DNA from: an uncultured Armatimonadetes bacterium
Lineage (GTDB): Bacteria; Armatimonadota; UBA5829; DTJY01
Length of the DNA stretch: 64,000 nucleotides
Assembly: GCA_963717145.1 (NCBI GenBank)
Contig: OY970325.1
Coordinates: 2,880,001 to 2,944,000 of the forward strand
Direction of reading: 5' to 3'
The stretch's first letter is position 1, and each line of letters opens with the position of its first letter. Under the pieces are notes generated by a model. It was given only the letters and a program-made list of their open reading frames with translations, did not search any database and was not told where the DNA came from. The translations under genes were made by a program, and so were the position numbers. This document shows positions 37,740 to 47,287 of this stretch, one piece after another.

Positions 37740-40550
37740 CTACCTCGTCAGACCCGTCAGTCCGAAGAGGACGGGGGCGCACTCGGTGGCGAGGGCGGTG
37801 ATCTCGATCGACTCGATCGACTTCTCGGGGAGCGGGTTGTGCCAGTCGAGCGCGCGGAGGACAATCTTGTCTCCGCCCGAGGTCCGGCCCATCCACGCGG
37901 TGACCGCCGAGGGTGTCGCGGACGAGTCGTTCCACGCGACGATGTTCTCCCCGTAGACCAGGTTCATCTCCACCGACTCGGCGCCCGAGTAGCGGATCAG
38001 CACCTTCCCGACCGGCTGCCCCTTGTCCGCATGGAATGCCCCCGCGAGCAGGAAGACGAGGTCGTCGGCCTTGCGCCCGATCAGTATCCGGATCGAGTTC
38101 GGCCACGCACCTGAGGGGTTCATGTCGCCGGCAAGCATGACCGCGCCCTTGGGGATGTCGAAGTCGACGCCGACGAGCCGCTGCCTCCCGGTCTTGAGTG
38201 AGCGGAGATCGTGCTCAGGGCCGTAACCGAGCCATGCCTGCTTCGAGTCGCCGCTCAGTGGGACGGTCACATATGGCGTCAGGTCGATGGTGAATCCATC
38301 GCGCGCGGTATGATCGGCCTTCTCACGCTTCCAGATCTTGGTGAATTCCTCGGCAGGGGTATACGGCAGGTCCTCGAGTCCGCGTCCACCGGGACCCCAT
38401 GCGAATTCGGCCGCCAGGATATATGCGTGGAACTGCTGGAACTGCTCGCCGAGGGTGGCCTCACTGATGTGGTAGCCCGCCCAGAGCGTCTCCATCAGGC
38501 CGAGCGCGCCATCCTTCTGCGCCGACGTGCCGAAATCGACGATGTTCTGCGGCACGTACCACGTCGAGGCGATCACATCATGGCCGAGGTCCTGATACAT
38601 CCGCACGCTCGGGAAGTCGTCCGCCGCGCAGTAGTGCCAGTCGGTGACGATGACGTCCTTCGGCATCCCCTCGCGGATCTCGCGCGCGCTCTCGAGGGTG
38701 GCGGCCCATCCGGCGTCCGGCGTCTCCGTCTTGTAGAGGCCCATGTCGCCCCAGAGCATCATGCGGATGCCCTTCTTGTCGAAGTAGTCGTGCAGGCGGG
38801 CGACATCCTCATTGAAGAGCTGCGAGACCGACTTCTGCTTGCAGGTCTCGTCGTGCGGGAAGCGGCCGCCCATCGTAACCTCATCGTGGCCGATGTGGAA
38901 CCACTTCGGCTTGAAGAGGTCGATCGCCTCGTCGTACACCTTGAATATGAACTCGTAGCTCTTCGGGTTGTTCGGGCAGTAGCCGTAGGGACGCTCGGGG
39001 TCCTCGGCGATGTCGAGGTTAGCGTTGTTCTTGAACATCCACTCCGAGTGCCCGAGCGATTGGACGAGTGGCGCGACCTCCATGTGGTGCAGCCGCGCGC
39101 AGTCGATGATCGACTTCAGGTCCTCCTTGCTCGTGCTCCAATCGAGCCAGATCTTCGGATCGGTCGCCCACTTGGTGTAGTCCGCCTGGATCAGCAGGAA
39201 GTTGAGCTTATGCCTGGCGAAGATGCGCCGGATCAGCTTCTCCAGGAACGGCTTCGACTCGTTGCCGATGAACACATGTGCGCCTCGGATCTTCATCGAC
39301 GGCCAGTCCTTGATGATCGCGCCTGTGACAGCGACACCGTCGACGGTCGGCTTGAGGAGCTGTATGAGCGTCTGGATGCCGTAGAATGTGCCCTTCGCAT
39401 CCTTCCCGACGACGAGCACAAATGGTTTCGATGCCTTGAGGGAATACCCCTCGTCCTCCGCCGGCGGTTCGAGGCCGATTCCCCTGCTGAGCCGGTCGAG
39501 CAGTGAGTTGCGGCCCGGCTCCCCCAGGGCGATGAGTCCCCTGCCCGCCTGAGTTTCGCCCGCCGAAACGACCTTCAACTCGACCCCATAGATGTCGCGG
39601 AGTTCCTCATTGAGCGACTCGGCGGCGAAACGGTCGGCGTCGGTAGGTTGATCGGGCAGGACGATCAGCGTGTCACGGGTGATGGCAAAGTCGTTGCCGG
39701 TGAGGTCCATCGACTTCGGCTGCGGGATGACTTTGATCATCTCGTCCATCGGGAGCTTGGCATCTTCGACATCGGTGATCCTAACGGTCTCCGGCCGGAT
39801 GTCGGGAGCGATCGTCACGTCGCGGGTTGGCGAAAACTTGATCGTGGCGATGCAGTGGAATTCCCTGCCATATGAGAGCGGTCTGGCGGGTGATCCGAGG
39901 CCGCACCAGAAGATCGGCGCTTCCCGCGCCCACGGCTGAGGGTCGCGGCGGGCGTCGAAGAACACCAGGTCCTCGTTGTCGCCGGTGATCGTCAGCTCCA
40001 TCGGTCCGAGCCGGGAGTCGATCTGCAACTCATGGAACGGCGGGACGAGCATCGACTCATGCTGGTTCGAAGATGCGGCGGCATACGGCACTACGCCGGT
40101 CTTGTGGCCGTCGACCGTATCCGCCTCGAAGGCACAATCGGCGATCAACGGCGCGCTGAAGTACCCCAGACAATACTCGATCTCGGCCGGAACATCCCTC
40201 AGCAGCCGGTACTGGAGATCGATGGTGGCCTCATCGGATTCGAGCAAGGTGACATTGTAGGTCGCGGAGAAGACGTCGTTCTTCATCGTGACCTTGATCA
40301 GCTTGCCGCCGGGGATGTCTTCGGACGTGATCGTCGGCTCGACTAGGTGGTGGCCGAAGAGGAGATCGGTCCAACCGGGGCTGACGACGTAGAGCGACGA
40401 CTTGCGTAGTACCGTGACGCCCTTGTACTTGAGGCTCACACCGCTCTTGGTGTAGCTGAAGTCGAAGTTGTTCATGGTGTAGGTCTTCGGTGTCTGGCCG
40501 AGCGCCGGAAGAGAACATAGAAGTATGATTGTGGCAAGCAGGTGTCTCAT
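37740..40550 (-). CDS. Secreted GH20-like beta-N-acetylhexosaminidase with extra N- and C-terminal domains
   Basis: Signal peptide MRHLLATIILL; GH20b segment (EGYSL..GTFYGIQTLIQL..DWP..RG); SLGH; HIGHDEV catalytic DE. Start overlaps the accA stop (ATGA). Confidence 0.82.
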   Translation of the reverse strand: MRHLLATIILLCSLPALGQTPKTYTMNNFDFSYTKSGVSLKYKGVTVLRKSSLYVVSPGWTDLLFGHHLVEPTITSEDIPGGKLIKVTMKNDVFSATYNVTLLESDEATIDLQYRLLRDVPAEIEYCLGYFSAPLIADCAFEADTVDGHKTGVVPYAAASSNQHESMLVPPFHELQIDSRLGPMELTITGDNEDLVFFDARRDPQPWAREAPIFWCGLGSPARPLSYGREFHCIATIKFSPTRDVTIAPDIRPETVRITDVEDAKLPMDEMIKVIPQPKSMDLTGNDFAITRDTLIVLPDQPTDADRFAAESLNEELRDIYGVELKVVSAGETQAGRGLIALGEPGRNSLLDRLSRGIGLEPPAEDEGYSLKASKPFVLVVGKDAKGTFYGIQTLIQLLKPTVDGVAVTGAIIKDWPSMKIRGAHVFIGNESKPFLEKLIRRIFARHKLNFLLIQADYTKWATDPKIWLDWSTSKEDLKSIIDCARLHHMEVAPLVQSLGHSEWMFKNNANLDIAEDPERPYGYCPNNPKSYEFIFKVYDEAIDLFKPKWFHIGHDEVTMGGRFPHDETCKQKSVSQLFNEDVARLHDYFDKKGIRMMLWGDMGLYKTETPDAGWAATLESAREIREGMPKDVIVTDWHYCAADDFPSVRMYQDLGHDVIASTWYVPQNIVDFGTSAQKDGALGLMETLWAGYHISEATLGEQFQQFHAYILAAEFAWGPGGRGLEDLPYTPAEEFTKIWKREKADHTARDGFTIDLTPYVTVPLSGDSKQAWLGYGPEHDLRSLKTGRQRLVGVDFDIPKGAVMLAGDMNPSGAWPNSIRILIGRKADDLVFLLAGAFHADKGQPVGKVLIRYSGAESVEMNLVYGENIVAWNDSSATPSAVTAWMGRTSGGDKIVLRALDWHNPLPEKSIESIEITALATECAPVLFGLTGLTR

Positions 40551-41560
40551 TGGGATGCTGCTTCGGCGGGTTGATCCTCGTCCATGGAGGGAACGGTGGC
40601 GTAAACGCCCATGCCTCGGAACAACTGATATCGCTGCTCGATCAGCTTGTCGTGCTTCATCTTCCCGAGTTCTCCGAGATGCTTGACGATCGCGGTCTTC
40701 ACGGCGGCGGCGGCCTGCTCGTAGTTCCGATGCGCGCCTCCCTTCGGCTCGGGGATGATCTCGTCGATGATCCCGAGTTCGAAGTTGCGCTGGGCCGTAA
40801 TATTCAGCGCATCGGCAGCTTCGGGAGCGCGGGCCGGATTGCGATCGAACTCGGAGAGGATCGCGGCGCATCCCTCGGGCGGGATCACGGAGTAGATCGC
40901 GTGCTCCTGCATCAGTACACGGTTCCCAACCGCGATGCCGAGCGCGCCGCCGCTCCCACCTTCGCCAACAATGACCACCACGATCGGCACCCCGAGGACC
41001 GCCATCTCCATCATGTTCCGAGCGATCGCCTCGCTGATTCCACGTTCCTCCGCGCCGAAACTGCAGTCGGCGGCGGGAGTGTCCACAATGCAGACGACCG
41101 GGCGGTTGAACTTCTCGGCCATCTTCATGAGCCGGAGCGCCTTGCGGTATCCCTCAGGCTTCGCGCTGCCGAAGTTGCGGAACTGGCGCTCCTTGATGTC
41201 CCGACCCTTCTGCTGGCCGATGACCATGACCGGCTTGCCGTCGAGGACCGCGAACCCGCCGATCATCGCCTTGTCGTCCGCAAAGAGCCGGTCGCCGTGA
41301 AGCTCGACAAAATCGTCGAAGATCGCGCGTATGTAATCAAGGCAATACGGTCTGCTCGGATGGCGGGCCATGAGGGTCTTGTCCCACGGACTGAGGTTCG
41401 CATATATCTGGTCTGCCAGCCGGTCGCGATGCTCTTCGAGGGCAGCGATCTCCTCCGCGCGGTCGATTCCCTCCGCTTCGGAGACTGTCCTCAGCTCGGC
41501 GATGGCCGCGTCGAGTTCGGCAAGCGGCTTTTCGAAATCCAGCACGTTAATGAGCGCCAC
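40547..41560 (-). CDS. accA: Acetyl-CoA carboxylase carboxyltransferase alpha
   Basis: LDFEKP, ARHPSRP, ELHGDR, PEGYRKA, GEGGSGGA, YSVIPPEG, EPKGGAH. Confidence 0.96.
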   Translation of the reverse strand: MALINVLDFEKPLAELDAAIAELRTVSEAEGIDRAEEIAALEEHRDRLADQIYANLSPWDKTLMARHPSRPYCLDYIRAIFDDFVELHGDRLFADDKAMIGGFAVLDGKPVMVIGQQKGRDIKERQFRNFGSAKPEGYRKALRLMKMAEKFNRPVVCIVDTPAADCSFGAEERGISEAIARNMMEMAVLGVPIVVVIVGEGGSGGALGIAVGNRVLMQEHAIYSVIPPEGCAAILSEFDRNPARAPEAADALNITAQRNFELGIIDEIIPEPKGGAHRNYEQAAAAVKTAIVKHLGELGKMKHDKLIEQRYQLFRGMGVYATVPSMDEDQPAEAASQ

Positions 41561-42416
41561 TGTTGCCTCCTCGACTACCAAAGGCCAGGAGCTTGGCCAG
41601 AGTATCCTTTATCTCTCTCCGAGGTAGCACGAGATCAACCATGCCGTGCTCGAGCTGCCATTCCGCGAGGCGATATCCGGGCGGCTCCTTGACGACCTGC
41701 GCCTGGGCCGCCACACGCTGTCCAGCGAGGCCGATGAGCGCGCCCGGCTCCGCGATGATCACGTCTGCAAGCATCGCAAAGCTCGCATGCACGCCGGCCA
41801 TAGTGGGGTCGGCGAAGACGGCGATATACATCAGCCCGGCCTTGTCGAACCGGGCAGCGGCCGCACTGGTCTTCGCCATCTGCATAAGGGAGAGTATGCC
41901 CTCCTGCATGCGCGCGCCGCCTGAGGAGTGGATCATGACCACGGGCATCTTCCGCTCGATCGCTCGTTCGTAGGCTCGGGTGACCTTCTCTCCGTAGACG
42001 CAGCCCATGCTCCCGGCGAGGAAGGCAAAATCGGCGACGCCGATCATGGTCGGACAGCCGCCGACGGTCGCCGTGCCCGTCACCATGCCGTCGTTCATCT
42101 CGCACGACGCCTGGAGCTTGCGCATTTTGGCGTCATAGGCGGGGAAGTTGAGTGAGTTTACGGTGACCAGATCGGAGTCCGTCTCCGCAAAGCTGCCCTC
42201 GTCCACAGTCATGGCCAATCGCTCGATGGCTCGCAGCTTGAAGTGATAGCCGCACTTGTTGCAGACCTTGAGGTTCTTCTCCAGCTCTTTGCTGAAGAGA
42301 ATCTCGGCGCACTTTGGGCACTTAGTCCACAAACCGTCCGGAAGTGCGTCCAGGTGCTTTCTGGCGGCCTTTCCGGCGGCCTTGGATTTGCGGTGGAACC
42401 ATCCGTCAGGGGTCAA
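41547..42416 (-). CDS. accD: Acetyl-CoA carboxylase carboxyltransferase beta
   Basis: GLWTKCPKC..VCNKCGYH zinc finger, GSMG, SGGARMQEG, EPGALIG. Confidence 0.96.
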   Translation of the reverse strand: MTPDGWFHRKSKAAGKAARKHLDALPDGLWTKCPKCAEILFSKELEKNLKVCNKCGYHFKLRAIERLAMTVDEGSFAETDSDLVTVNSLNFPAYDAKMRKLQASCEMNDGMVTGTATVGGCPTMIGVADFAFLAGSMGCVYGEKVTRAYERAIERKMPVVMIHSSGGARMQEGILSLMQMAKTSAAAARFDKAGLMYIAVFADPTMAGVHASFAMLADVIIAEPGALIGLAGQRVAAQAQVVKEPPGYRLAEWQLEHGMVDLVLPRREIKDTLAKLLAFGSRGGNSGAH

Positions 42417-42491
42417 GCAGCTCACCTCTGTCTGAGTTCAAATGTGACATCAGGATACAGGATTCACTCAGAAAAAGCAAGCTGACGGGAG

Positions 42492-42635
42492 GGGAAACAC
42501 CAATGGCACGAATAGACGAATGGATGGGGAAATCCTGGATAGTGCTTGTCTGATAGATATGGGTGTCAGGCGACAGGTCATGCTCCTTCGATACCTGAAC
42601 ACGAATGGGAGGGCGGATGAGGGATTCGGATTCCT
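42492..42635. repeat. Degenerate partial copy of the MITE-like element at 11873..12173
   Basis: gggaaacaccaatggcacgaatagacgaatggatgggga..tcatgctc..gaacacgaatggga.ggcg.atg matches the left part of that element. Confidence 0.6.
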
Positions 42636-42637
42636 GC

Positions 42638-42976
42638 CTACTGGATCGCCTTGACCGCTGACTCGACGCTGTCGCACATCGACAGGTTTGTGAGCCTGTC
42701 TACGCCGATGAGCAGGAAGATATCCTGTACGGTGGGGTGTGTGATGACCAGGGCGAGTCGGCCGCCGGCATCCAGCACAGACCGGTATGCCCAGAGTATC
42801 GCCTGCACGCCGGCGCTGTCCATATATGTTGCCCCGGACAGATCGATAACGAAGCCATGAGATGATTCCCGCACTGCGGCCTGCAGCTCGGCATTGAACC
42901 CTTCCACGTTGCCGAAGTCGATCTCACCGCGCGCCCATACGATTCGCTCTTTTTCCTGAATGATCTGTGACCCCAT
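42638..42976 (-). CDS. STAS-domain anti-sigma factor antagonist
   Basis: GEIDF, IDLSGATYMDSAG; GGAGG upstream of ATG 42976. Confidence 0.88.
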   Translation of the reverse strand: MGSQIIQEKERIVWARGEIDFGNVEGFNAELQAAVRESSHGFVIDLSGATYMDSAGVQAILWAYRSVLDAGGRLALVITHPTVQDIFLLIGVDRLTNLSMCDSVESAVKAIQ

Positions 42977-43110
42977 ATCTACCCCTCCATGGACGCGTGC
43001 GACCGGTAGCGCTGTGTCTGCCGAGCAGGACAGCCAGTTAGCGATACCCAAAGAAGCCACCACATGAAACCTGCATGAGTTCACTGCCGTTGATAGTGCA
43101 ACCCACAGGC

Positions 43111-43179
43111 TGTCATTCTGAACGAAGTGAAGAATCTGGCCTCCGGGCAAACAGATTCTTCACTTCGTTCAGAATGACA
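43111..43179. repeat. Perfect 28-bp-arm palindrome (TGTCATTCTGAACGAAGTGAAGAATCTG)
   Basis: tgtcattctgaacgaagtgaagaatctg ... cagattcttcacttcgttcagaatgaca; AT-richer than its surroundings. Confidence 0.88.
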
Positions 43180-43287
43180 ACCGTTACCAACAATCGTGAG
43201 CTCTTACGGAAACCTGCAAGAGCTTCCCGGCACTGCGGATTTGTGGTATCATGGCCCACCGAAGTCAACTTGTTTGCGGAGTCGGAT

Positions 43288-44352
43288 ATGGACCTGAATG
43301 ACCTGAGAAAAGAGATTGACCGGATCGATGGGGAGATACTCGACCTTCTGAACCTGAGGGCCGAGACGGCGCTGGAGATCGGCAAGCACAAGCAGAAGAC
43401 GAACAAGAGCTTCTTTGCGCCCGAGCGCGAGCGGCAAGTCTACCGTCGCCTGACCACGGCCAACCGGGGCCCGCTCCCCAACGTCTCGCTGCGGGCGATC
43501 TATCGAGAGATCATTTCAGCATCACGAGCGCTGGAGAGGCCGCTCACAGTCGTATACTGGGGGCCGCCCGCCACGAACACTCACATGGCGAGCATCCAGA
43601 AGTTCGGCTCGTCGAGCACCTTCGTCCCGGCGGACACGATTCCCGATGTGTTCAGTGAGGTCGAACGCGAGCGGGCTGACTACGGCGTCGTGCCGATCGA
43701 GAACTCGACCGAGGGCGTGATCAACCATACGCTCGATACGTTCCTGCAGTCGGACCTCAAGATCTGCTCCGAAATCTACCTGCCGATTACGCACAATCTG
43801 CTCTCTTGCGAGAGTCAGATGGAGGGCATCGTGCGCGTCTACTCGATTCCGGTTGCGACGGCTCAATGCAGGAACTGGTTGCGCACCAACATGCCTAACG
43901 TGGAGATGATGGATGTCTCGACGACGGCGAAGGCGGCTCAGATGTGCGCGAATGAGCCCGGGTCGGCGGCGATCGGGACGAGCCTGGCGTCCGAGGTGTA
44001 CAACGTGAAGCTGGTGGCGGAGCACATCGAGGACAACCCGCAGAACCGGACCCGCTTCCTGATCATCGGCCGAAACGAGCCCGCGCCGAGCGGAAGGGAC
44101 AAGACGTCGGTAATGTTCTCCGTGGCGCACAAGTCCGGCTCGCTCTTCCGGGCGATGAGCGCATTCGAGAAGTACGACGTGAACCTGACGATGATCGAGT
44201 CGCGCCCGACGAAGCTGACCCCGTGGGAGTACGTCTTCTTCATGGACTGCCAGGGCCACGTGACGGACGAGTCGGTGAAGAAGGCGCTGAAGGCGCTCGA
44301 GGAGCATACGCTTTTCGTCACGGTCCTCGGGTCGTATCCGGAAGCGGAGTAG
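43288..44352 (+). CDS. pheA: Chorismate mutase/prephenate dehydratase
   Basis: LRKEIDRID..PERE (chorismate mutase), VPIENSTEG, NRTRF, IESRP, LGSYP. Confidence 0.96.
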   Translation: MDLNDLRKEIDRIDGEILDLLNLRAETALEIGKHKQKTNKSFFAPERERQVYRRLTTANRGPLPNVSLRAIYREIISASRALERPLTVVYWGPPATNTHMASIQKFGSSSTFVPADTIPDVFSEVERERADYGVVPIENSTEGVINHTLDTFLQSDLKICSEIYLPITHNLLSCESQMEGIVRVYSIPVATAQCRNWLRTNMPNVEMMDVSTTAKAAQMCANEPGSAAIGTSLASEVYNVKLVAEHIEDNPQNRTRFLIIGRNEPAPSGRDKTSVMFSVAHKSGSLFRAMSAFEKYDVNLTMIESRPTKLTPWEYVFFMDCQGHVTDESVKKALKALEEHTLFVTVLGSYPEAE

Positions 44353-44382
44353 CGACCACATCGGTCGCGCCCAACGCCCGGA

Positions 44383-44449
44383 TGGCCGGCACGGAAGCGC
44401 GGCCACTACTGGGTAATGTGAATGGCCGGCACGGAAGCGCGGCCACTAC
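44383..44449 (-). repeat. Two tandem GTAG-REP-like units (family C), 40-bp period
   Basis: tggccggcacggaagcgcggccactac at 44383 and at 44423. Confidence 0.88.
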
Positions 44450-45933
44450 TCCTGGGACTGGGAGGCGCGCCCTGCTCCCTCGGACTCCGCGTGAGGGACC
44501 TTCGTTATCTTCACCTTGTGGATCCGGCGGCCGTCGGTCTTCTCGATGGTCAGTTCCGCGCCATCGTACTCGACTGACTCGCCCAGGTACGGCTGCTTGC
44601 CGAAGAGACCGAAGACGAACCCGCCGATCGTGTCGAACTCCTCCTCGGGCAGGTCGAGATCCATCTGCTCGTTGATCTCGTCGATCGGCATGCGGGCGTC
44701 CACAATGCTCGTGTTCGCATCGATCACCTCGACCATCGGCTCCTCCACGTCGTACTCATCCATGATGTCGCCGACAATCTCTTCGAGGAGATCCTCGATC
44801 GTGACCAGGCCCGCGGTTCCACCATATTCGTCAACGACGATCGCGAGCTGGATCTTGCTCTTCTTGAACTCCGCGAGCAGTTCGTCGATCATCTTATTCT
44901 CCGGGATGATGAACGGAGGCCGCATCAACTGCCGGATCGTTATGTTCTTATCGTGCTCGTGCAGCCCTCTGAGGATGTCCTTCGCGTGGACGATGCCGAC
45001 GATGTGATCGACGTCCTCCTCGTAGACCGGCACCCGTGAATGCCCGGCCTGCATGATGACATCGAGCAGCTCCTCGATCGGGGCCTCGACATCCACCGTC
45101 TTCATGTCGATGCGCGGGACCATGACTTTGCGCACGATGGTATCAGTGAACTCGAAGATGGAGTGAATCATCTCCCTCTCGTCTTCCTCGAGCACGCCAT
45201 CCTCCTCGCCGGCTTCGACGAGCATCTTCAGTTCCTCTTCCGTAACCACCGGGGGCGAGAAGCTGGCAGTGCCGCCGAACGGACGTACAATCACGTTGCA
45301 CGACCACGTGACGACGCGGACCAGTGGGTGAAGGATGATGGAAAGGAAGAATATCGGTCCCGCGGACCACAGGGCGATCTTCTCGGTGTTCTGAAGCGCC
45401 AGACTCTTCGGGCTGATCTCTCCTATTACGAGGCTGAGGTAGCCGATGACAAGCGTGACGAGGAAAACCGCCAGACCGGCGGCATTCCCCGCCATGAACG
45501 GTATTCCGCTGCGCTCGAACAGTGATGCGAGCGGCTGGGCCAGAGTCACGGCGCCGGCTGCTGATGCGAAGAATCCCACCAGCGTGACACCGATCTGAAC
45601 CGTAGCCAGGAATCTGGTCGGGTCCTCCGTGAGCCTCTGGACCGTTCTGGCGCGGTGGACTCCCTCCTCGATCAGTTGCTTGATCCTGGTCTTCCGCAGC
45701 GATACGAGCGAGATCTCCGCCATCGCGAAGAAAGCGTTAAGCAGTATGAGCGCCGATATAAGAACGATGCTCCACGTGATTCCTACGGGCGCGATCTCAC
45801 TCAGGCTCGCAGCAAAGGAACCACTTGTGGCAGCTCCTGTGGGAACCACCTGTGCTATCAGATGCGATAAACTACCTGGGTCAGGGTCTGTACCCAAAAC
45901 TCCAAACACCCCCCAAACTAAGACATTAGACAT
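44446..45933 (-). CDS. CNNM/DUF21-CBS-CorC hemolysin-family membrane protein
   Basis: NAFFAMAEISL, QIGVT, GEISPK, VMVPR, HSRVPVY, VDEYGGTAGLVTIEDLLEEIVGDI. Start uncertain. Confidence 0.92.
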   Translation of the reverse strand: MSNVLVWGVFGVLGTDPDPGSLSHLIAQVVPTGAATSGSFAASLSEIAPVGITWSIVLISALILLNAFFAMAEISLVSLRKTRIKQLIEEGVHRARTVQRLTEDPTRFLATVQIGVTLVGFFASAAGAVTLAQPLASLFERSGIPFMAGNAAGLAVFLVTLVIGYLSLVIGEISPKSLALQNTEKIALWSAGPIFFLSIILHPLVRVVTWSCNVIVRPFGGTASFSPPVVTEEELKMLVEAGEEDGVLEEDEREMIHSIFEFTDTIVRKVMVPRIDMKTVDVEAPIEELLDVIMQAGHSRVPVYEEDVDHIVGIVHAKDILRGLHEHDKNITIRQLMRPPFIIPENKMIDELLAEFKKSKIQLAIVVDEYGGTAGLVTIEDLLEEIVGDIMDEYDVEEPMVEVIDANTSIVDARMPIDEINEQMDLDLPEEEFDTIGGFVFGLFGKQPYLGESVEYDGAELTIEKTDGRRIHKVKITKVPHAESEGAGRASQSQE

Positions 45934-45960
45934 CAGACTGCATTCCGCGGATTGCTGCTA

Positions 45961-46728
45961 TCAAGGCACGAACCAGTACACAAGCGCCGTGAGAAGCATC
46001 GCCAGGAGTGCCCCGGTGACCACCTCCTGCATCGAGTGTATCTTCGCTTCCACGCGGCTCTGAGCGATCAGGAGCGCCATTATTACGGCCACGATCGCCA
46101 CGAGCGCATCCCGTGAGAAATAGAGAATGGTTGCTGCCAGGAAGAACCCGGCGGCCGAATGCCCGCTGCATATGCCACCCTTCAGCAGCTTACCCCTCGA
46201 TCCGAGAACCTTGATGATCGTCACCATCACCAGCAGCACTATTCCGCCGACGAAGACCTTCATCAAGTTGCCAGGCCCCTCGGACCTGACACCGCTCACC
46301 CGAGCGAACGTCTGGTCGCCGAGGAACAACACGCAGCCCACAAGGATGGCGGTCGCAGTGGCGATCAGCACGGCGCCGGCCGCTGCATCCTTGGCGAACT
46401 TCGCGAGCGGATGATAGGTCTGCGTCACCAGGTCCACCACCGCCTCGATGGCGGTGTTGAACATCTCCGCCATCAGAACCATGGAGATAGTGAACAGCAG
46501 AACGAGTATGTCCTTCTTGTCGAGCCCGAACACCAGTGCCACAAGCAGCACGAGGACCACTGTGACGAAGTGGAACCGCATGTGCTTCTGGGTCCGGAAG
46601 ACGTCGAGAATGCCGTCTACCGCATACCTGAAACTCTCCAGCACACTTTTCGGCTTGACGGGCGGTTTTGCCTGTTCGTAATCGTGTATTTCGTCGCTTA
46701 TCGCGGGTTGTCGTGTTTTTTCGTTCAT
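45961..46728 (-). CDS. dgkA: Diacylglycerol/undecaprenol kinase fused to a PAP2 domain
   Basis: SFRYAVDG, EMFNTAIEAVVD, AKDAAAGAV; C-terminal SGHSA and SRVEAKIH..EV. Confidence 0.9.
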   Translation of the reverse strand: MNEKTRQPAISDEIHDYEQAKPPVKPKSVLESFRYAVDGILDVFRTQKHMRFHFVTVVLVLLVALVFGLDKKDILVLLFTISMVLMAEMFNTAIEAVVDLVTQTYHPLAKFAKDAAAGAVLIATATAILVGCVLFLGDQTFARVSGVRSEGPGNLMKVFVGGIVLLVMVTIIKVLGSRGKLLKGGICSGHSAAGFFLAATILYFSRDALVAIVAVIMALLIAQSRVEAKIHSMQEVVTGALLAMLLTALVYWFVP

Positions 46729-46736
46729 CGTGTATT

Positions 46737-46860
46737 CCAGATCAGATCGTAGACATCAGACGTTCAGACTTTAGACTCTAGACTTTGGACGTTAGACTTT
46801 GGACTCGCATTGCTGTTCATCCGTACTCCGAAGTCTAAGGTCCAACGTCTTAACGTCCCA
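46737..46860. repeat. Inverted pair of heptamer tandem repeats (AGACTTT-like)
   Basis: cagactttagactctagactttggacgttagactttggac ... tccgaagtctaaggtccaacgtcttaacgtcc; overlaps the ybeY stop. Confidence 0.8.
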
Positions 46861-47287
46861 AGACTGCCATCTCATGCCGGCGCATCTCCTCTGCGCCGTC
46901 GTCCGTATCGTCATCATAGCCGAGCAGGTGGAGTATCCCGTGCACCACGAGCAGAGACAACTCGTCATCCAGTGACCGATCCCTCTCCGCCGCCTGCCTT
47001 GCCGCCGTCTCGACGGAAATCACAACGTCTCCCAGGATGACCGGCTCCTCCGGCGACGTCAACTGAGGCTGGTCTTCCTCCAACTGCTGAAAGGACAGGA
47101 CGTCGGTCGGCCGATCCTTCCCTCGATACTCCCTGTTCAGTTGATGAATATGCTCATCCGTCGTAAGCAGTATACTCACTTCTGCCGGCTGAGGGAACTC
47201 CTCAACCCGCAACAGCTCTTTCGCGACCTTGATCAGCTTTTCCTGATTCACCGGCAGCGACTGAGGATTCCTTATCAGTATTTCCAT
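46850..47287 (-). CDS. ybeY: rRNA maturation endoribonuclease YbeY
   Basis: LNREYRGKDRPTDVLSF, LGDVVIS, HGILHLLGYD (third His of the H3xH5xH motif appears replaced by Asp). Confidence 0.95.
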   Translation of the reverse strand: MEILIRNPQSLPVNQEKLIKVAKELLRVEEFPQPAEVSILLTTDEHIHQLNREYRGKDRPTDVLSFQQLEEDQPQLTSPEEPVILGDVVISVETAARQAAERDRSLDDELSLLVVHGILHLLGYDDDTDDGAEEMRRHEMAVLGR

